The notes under the pieces are model-generated. The model worked only from the letters and a program-made list of their open reading frames with translations, did no database searches and was not told the DNA's origin. DNA of 64,000 nucleotides from Thermoplasmatota archaeon (lineage in GTDB: Archaea > Thermoplasmatota > E2 > DHVEG-1): positions 5,717 through 69,716 of the forward strand of contig JAUXAU010000004.1 of the NCBI GenBank assembly GCA_030619765.1, written 5' to 3'. How positions within the stretch are numbered: position 1 is the first letter of the stretch; each line of letters opens with the position of its first letter. Shown piece after piece: positions 61,503 through 64,000 of this stretch. Made by a program: the position numbers and the translations under genes.

Positions 61503-61627
61503 GCTAATACCTCCTTTTTATTCTCATTATCTAAATGTACATTTTTAAATAATTTTCGTTCGCATTACTGATATATAACAATATATATACAATCTAACCT
61601 ACAAATATATATAAAACTTGAAATCAA

Positions 61628-61735
61628 TCACATATTTGGTAGAATATCATCATCACTAATTATTGAAACCTTACAATCATCACAAATCCCGTCAGGGTTA
61701 TCTGTTTCGTTTGTGCCACATATTTTGCAGATCAT
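61628..61735 (-). CDS. 35-aa CxxC-CxxC Zn-finger microprotein (not in ORF track)
   Basis: MICKICGTNETDNPDGICDDCKVSIISDDDILPNM*; paralog at 55008. Confidence 0.65.
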   Translation of the reverse strand: MICKICGTNETDNPDGICDDCKVSIISDDDILPNM

Positions 61736-61748
61736 ATTTAACCAAAAA

Positions 61749-62720
61749 CTAGTCTAATTTTCCTATATACTTTTTAGTAGCCTTCTCTAAACTAATCATA
61801 GCATCTATCATTTTATCTTGTATATCGTCCCATCTGTCTTCATCTTTTAATCCTATTTCATCAAATGTATAAGAAATTCTTGATGCCTTCCTATCATCAA
61901 GCTTCTCCCACAGTAGTTTTTCACCAAATTCTTTTTCAATTTCTCCCTTATGTTTAAACAGTCGATCAAATCTTTTTTTATTAATTAAGACATCCTCGTC
62001 CTCTTTTCCTTTATCAAGATAGATCTCAACTCTCCCATTCTTATACGTTACTTCATAAATATATGCAATTCCTGATTTACCTGCTCCTGTTGCTATCCAA
62101 GAATATTTACTTGGGGAAACATTAGAAAACAAATTAGTTTTATCTTTAGATTTCGTTAATAATTTTGTCCAGAAATCTTTTCTAAGTTTATATCTTTGTG
62201 CAGATTCTATCCTCTCTTCACCAAGTTGTTTTGCTTCAATAGTTGGACCGGTTACAATAGTAAATAGAGGTGCAGCTATCGGTTGATCTCCGATTTTAAT
62301 TGCCTCAAGTTTAACCAAATAAAATAATACGTCTCCAGGAGTATATTTGTTTAACCATTCAATAACCTGAACATGTTCATCTCTTGGTTCTTTTGTAATC
62401 CATATTGCAGTGTTTGCTTCGAGATTTATCATGTATGTAAGTATCTTTCCTAAATGATCATGATCTGTTTTTTCTAACTGATTCTCGATTATTACTTTAT
62501 TGTCATTTTCATCCTCAGCAAAAAGGTCTAATTTAAAAGGACCAACCTTTTCCTCTCTTTTAACAACGTTAAAATTTTTGTCAAGGACATCGTTAAGATA
62601 ATCAATATTTTCTTCTAACCATTTTGTAAATTCCTTATCTTCCTTTTTCCAAATTTCTCTTAAAGGAACTTTCTTGATTTTTCCAATTGGATTTTCAAAT
62701 TCCATTTCTTCCTCCTCCAA
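61749..62720 (-). CDS. NucS-like nuclease domain plus DUF4268 protein
   Basis: FTKWL.EN, LDL......IIENQL..TDHDHLGK.LTY; L.WE.L..RKASRI; the real start is probably ATG 62705. Confidence 0.85.
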   Translation of the reverse strand: MEEEEMEFENPIGKIKKVPLREIWKKEDKEFTKWLEENIDYLNDVLDKNFNVVKREEKVGPFKLDLFAEDENDNKVIIENQLEKTDHDHLGKILTYMINLEANTAIWITKEPRDEHVQVIEWLNKYTPGDVLFYLVKLEAIKIGDQPIAAPLFTIVTGPTIEAKQLGEERIESAQRYKLRKDFWTKLLTKSKDKTNLFSNVSPSKYSWIATGAGKSGIAYIYEVTYKNGRVEIYLDKGKEDEDVLINKKRFDRLFKHKGEIEKEFGEKLLWEKLDDRKASRISYTFDEIGLKDEDRWDDIQDKMIDAMISLEKATKKYIGKLD

Positions 62721-62761
62721 ATCTACAATTTCATTTTAACTATCAGGATGGTTATTCATGT

Positions 62762-63781
62762 TTATCCCAGAAAAGTATATTCTTTAGTTATTGGGTCAAT
62801 TGCAGTTTTTTCTCCAGTTATTCCTGCATCATAACCAGGAAATCCATAGTCACCAGCAGTAGGGTCTAAGACCACACAGTTAACACCATCTATCCTGTAC
62901 GAGATTATTTCTTCCTCCCCAAATAATTCATAAAATGAAGGTCTAAAATAAAACTCAATAAACACACTAACAGATGCATCTTGCCATTTCTCGTTAGAAA
63001 GTATTATCCCACCATATTTATCCAAGTAATGACAGGTGTCGGTAACTGTTAATATATTCTCACATTCCCAGTCAGCATATTGAATAAAAGTTTTACATTC
63101 ATTCAATTTATCAAAATCATCCCTTGAAGGAACTACATATAAATGCAATGGCTGATTTGAATCAATACTGTAACTTATATTCAAATAATTAAAATAGTCT
63201 TTCAATGACGAACCATTTCCTCCATAATACCAATTATGACCTCCCTCAAGAACAAAGGATTGCTCATGAGTTTGCCTTATACTCTCTCCCAAATCATTTT
63301 CAACTTGTTCTAATAGTGAAGGTTCAACATAGTTCCATAGCTCTCTTGCATTAATGTCATATGCAAGAGCATAAGCATGGTCTTCAGTTAATACTAAATA
63401 TGCTTTAATACCGATATTTTCTAATAAAGAGATTAATAGTATTGAGAGGTCTTCACAATCCCCTCCTCCAATATCTATAGTCTCTTGTGGGCTTTGGATG
63501 AGTTCAACTCCAACGGGGTCACTTAGATAATTAAAGTTCTCTACGATGTGTCTGTATAATGCATTTACTTGACACTCTCTATCACCAGCAGTACAATTCT
63601 TAACGATAGAATTTGCATATGCTCTTAGGTCAATATCATTTAGAACAATTTTGTTGAGATATGGTTCTGCACCTTGAAGCACTGGGTCTACTTCAATCTG
63701 TTCAAATAACTCATTACATCCACTCAATCCAACAGATAAGAGCAGAACAGCTATTCCTATTCTCACTAATTGTTTTTTCAT
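62762..63781 (-). CDS. transglutaminase-like domain lipoprotein
   Basis: LSGC lipobox; GDCEDLSILL..LLE..G...HAY. Confidence 0.85.
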   Translation of the reverse strand: MKKQLVRIGIAVLLLSVGLSGCNELFEQIEVDPVLQGAEPYLNKIVLNDIDLRAYANSIVKNCTAGDRECQVNALYRHIVENFNYLSDPVGVELIQSPQETIDIGGGDCEDLSILLISLLENIGIKAYLVLTEDHAYALAYDINARELWNYVEPSLLEQVENDLGESIRQTHEQSFVLEGGHNWYYGGNGSSLKDYFNYLNISYSIDSNQPLHLYVVPSRDDFDKLNECKTFIQYADWECENILTVTDTCHYLDKYGGIILSNEKWQDASVSVFIEFYFRPSFYELFGEEEIISYRIDGVNCVVLDPTAGDYGFPGYDAGITGEKTAIDPITKEYTFLG

Positions 63782-63796
63782 ATTTTCTTCTATATA

Positions 63797-64000
63797 TTAG
63801 TATTTGAGCGGTGCACTCTTGAAAAGTATATCACCCATGCCCTTATCGGAAAGTGTTAAGACGTAGGTTCCAGAATATGGAGCAGTTACTGCAAAAGTAT
63901 CTCCTGGATTTACATAGTTATCATTGTTGTTATCGTTAAATGTAAGTGTCGCACCAGTAGCACTTACACCGTTGGTATCTGACAAAGTCCAATCATATTC
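63797..64000 (-). CDS. C-terminal part of a surface/pilin-like protein (truncated by the window)
   Basis: Open to the window end; D.NNDNYVNPGDTF motif. Confidence 0.5.
   Translation of the reverse strand, partial: EYDWTLSDTNGVSATGATLTFNDNNNDNYVNPGDTFAVTAPYSGTYVLTLSDKGMGDILFKSAPLKY

Larger units (their letters stand above)
41513..64000. mobile_element. integrated element / defence island (right boundary not visible)
   Basis: Integrase at the left edge directly after coaBC; about 10 predicted nucleases, an MTase, a helicase, and an RHH plus origin-like site; no housekeeping genes. Confidence 0.7.

Overview
AT-rich archaeal chromosome segment. The gene set (aTrm56, archaeal TgtA, Spt5, SecE, NadX, PPS, class II HMG-CoA reductase, PKD-rich secreted proteins) fits Thermoplasmatota, possibly MBG-D/Thermoprofundales; that placement is inference. 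A housekeeping core (about 13.3-41.5 kb) is accompanied by three accessory regions. (1) About 3.2-7.25 kb, next to tRNA-Leu: an AbiE-type toxin-antitoxin pair, bracketed by two diverged copies of a covarying structured element of about 115 bp. (2) About 9.2-13.3 kb, next to tRNA-Val: a co-oriented array of short unrelated ORFs. (3) From 41.5 kb to the window end: a tyrosine-integrase-led island with many predicted nucleases, a methyltransferase, a UvrD helicase and an RHH gene beside an origin-like symmetric site. The main observation is a conserved junction motif (inverted arms ATAAMCATC...GATRKTTAT followed by GAAATTGTAGATTTGGAGGAGG and a start codon). It sits between unrelated cargo genes in regions 2 and 3, reaches 30/31 identity between copies 51 kb apart, and I did not see it in the core. 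It is a candidate non-canonical gene-cassette system. All product calls are from motif recognition by eye; no database searches were run.
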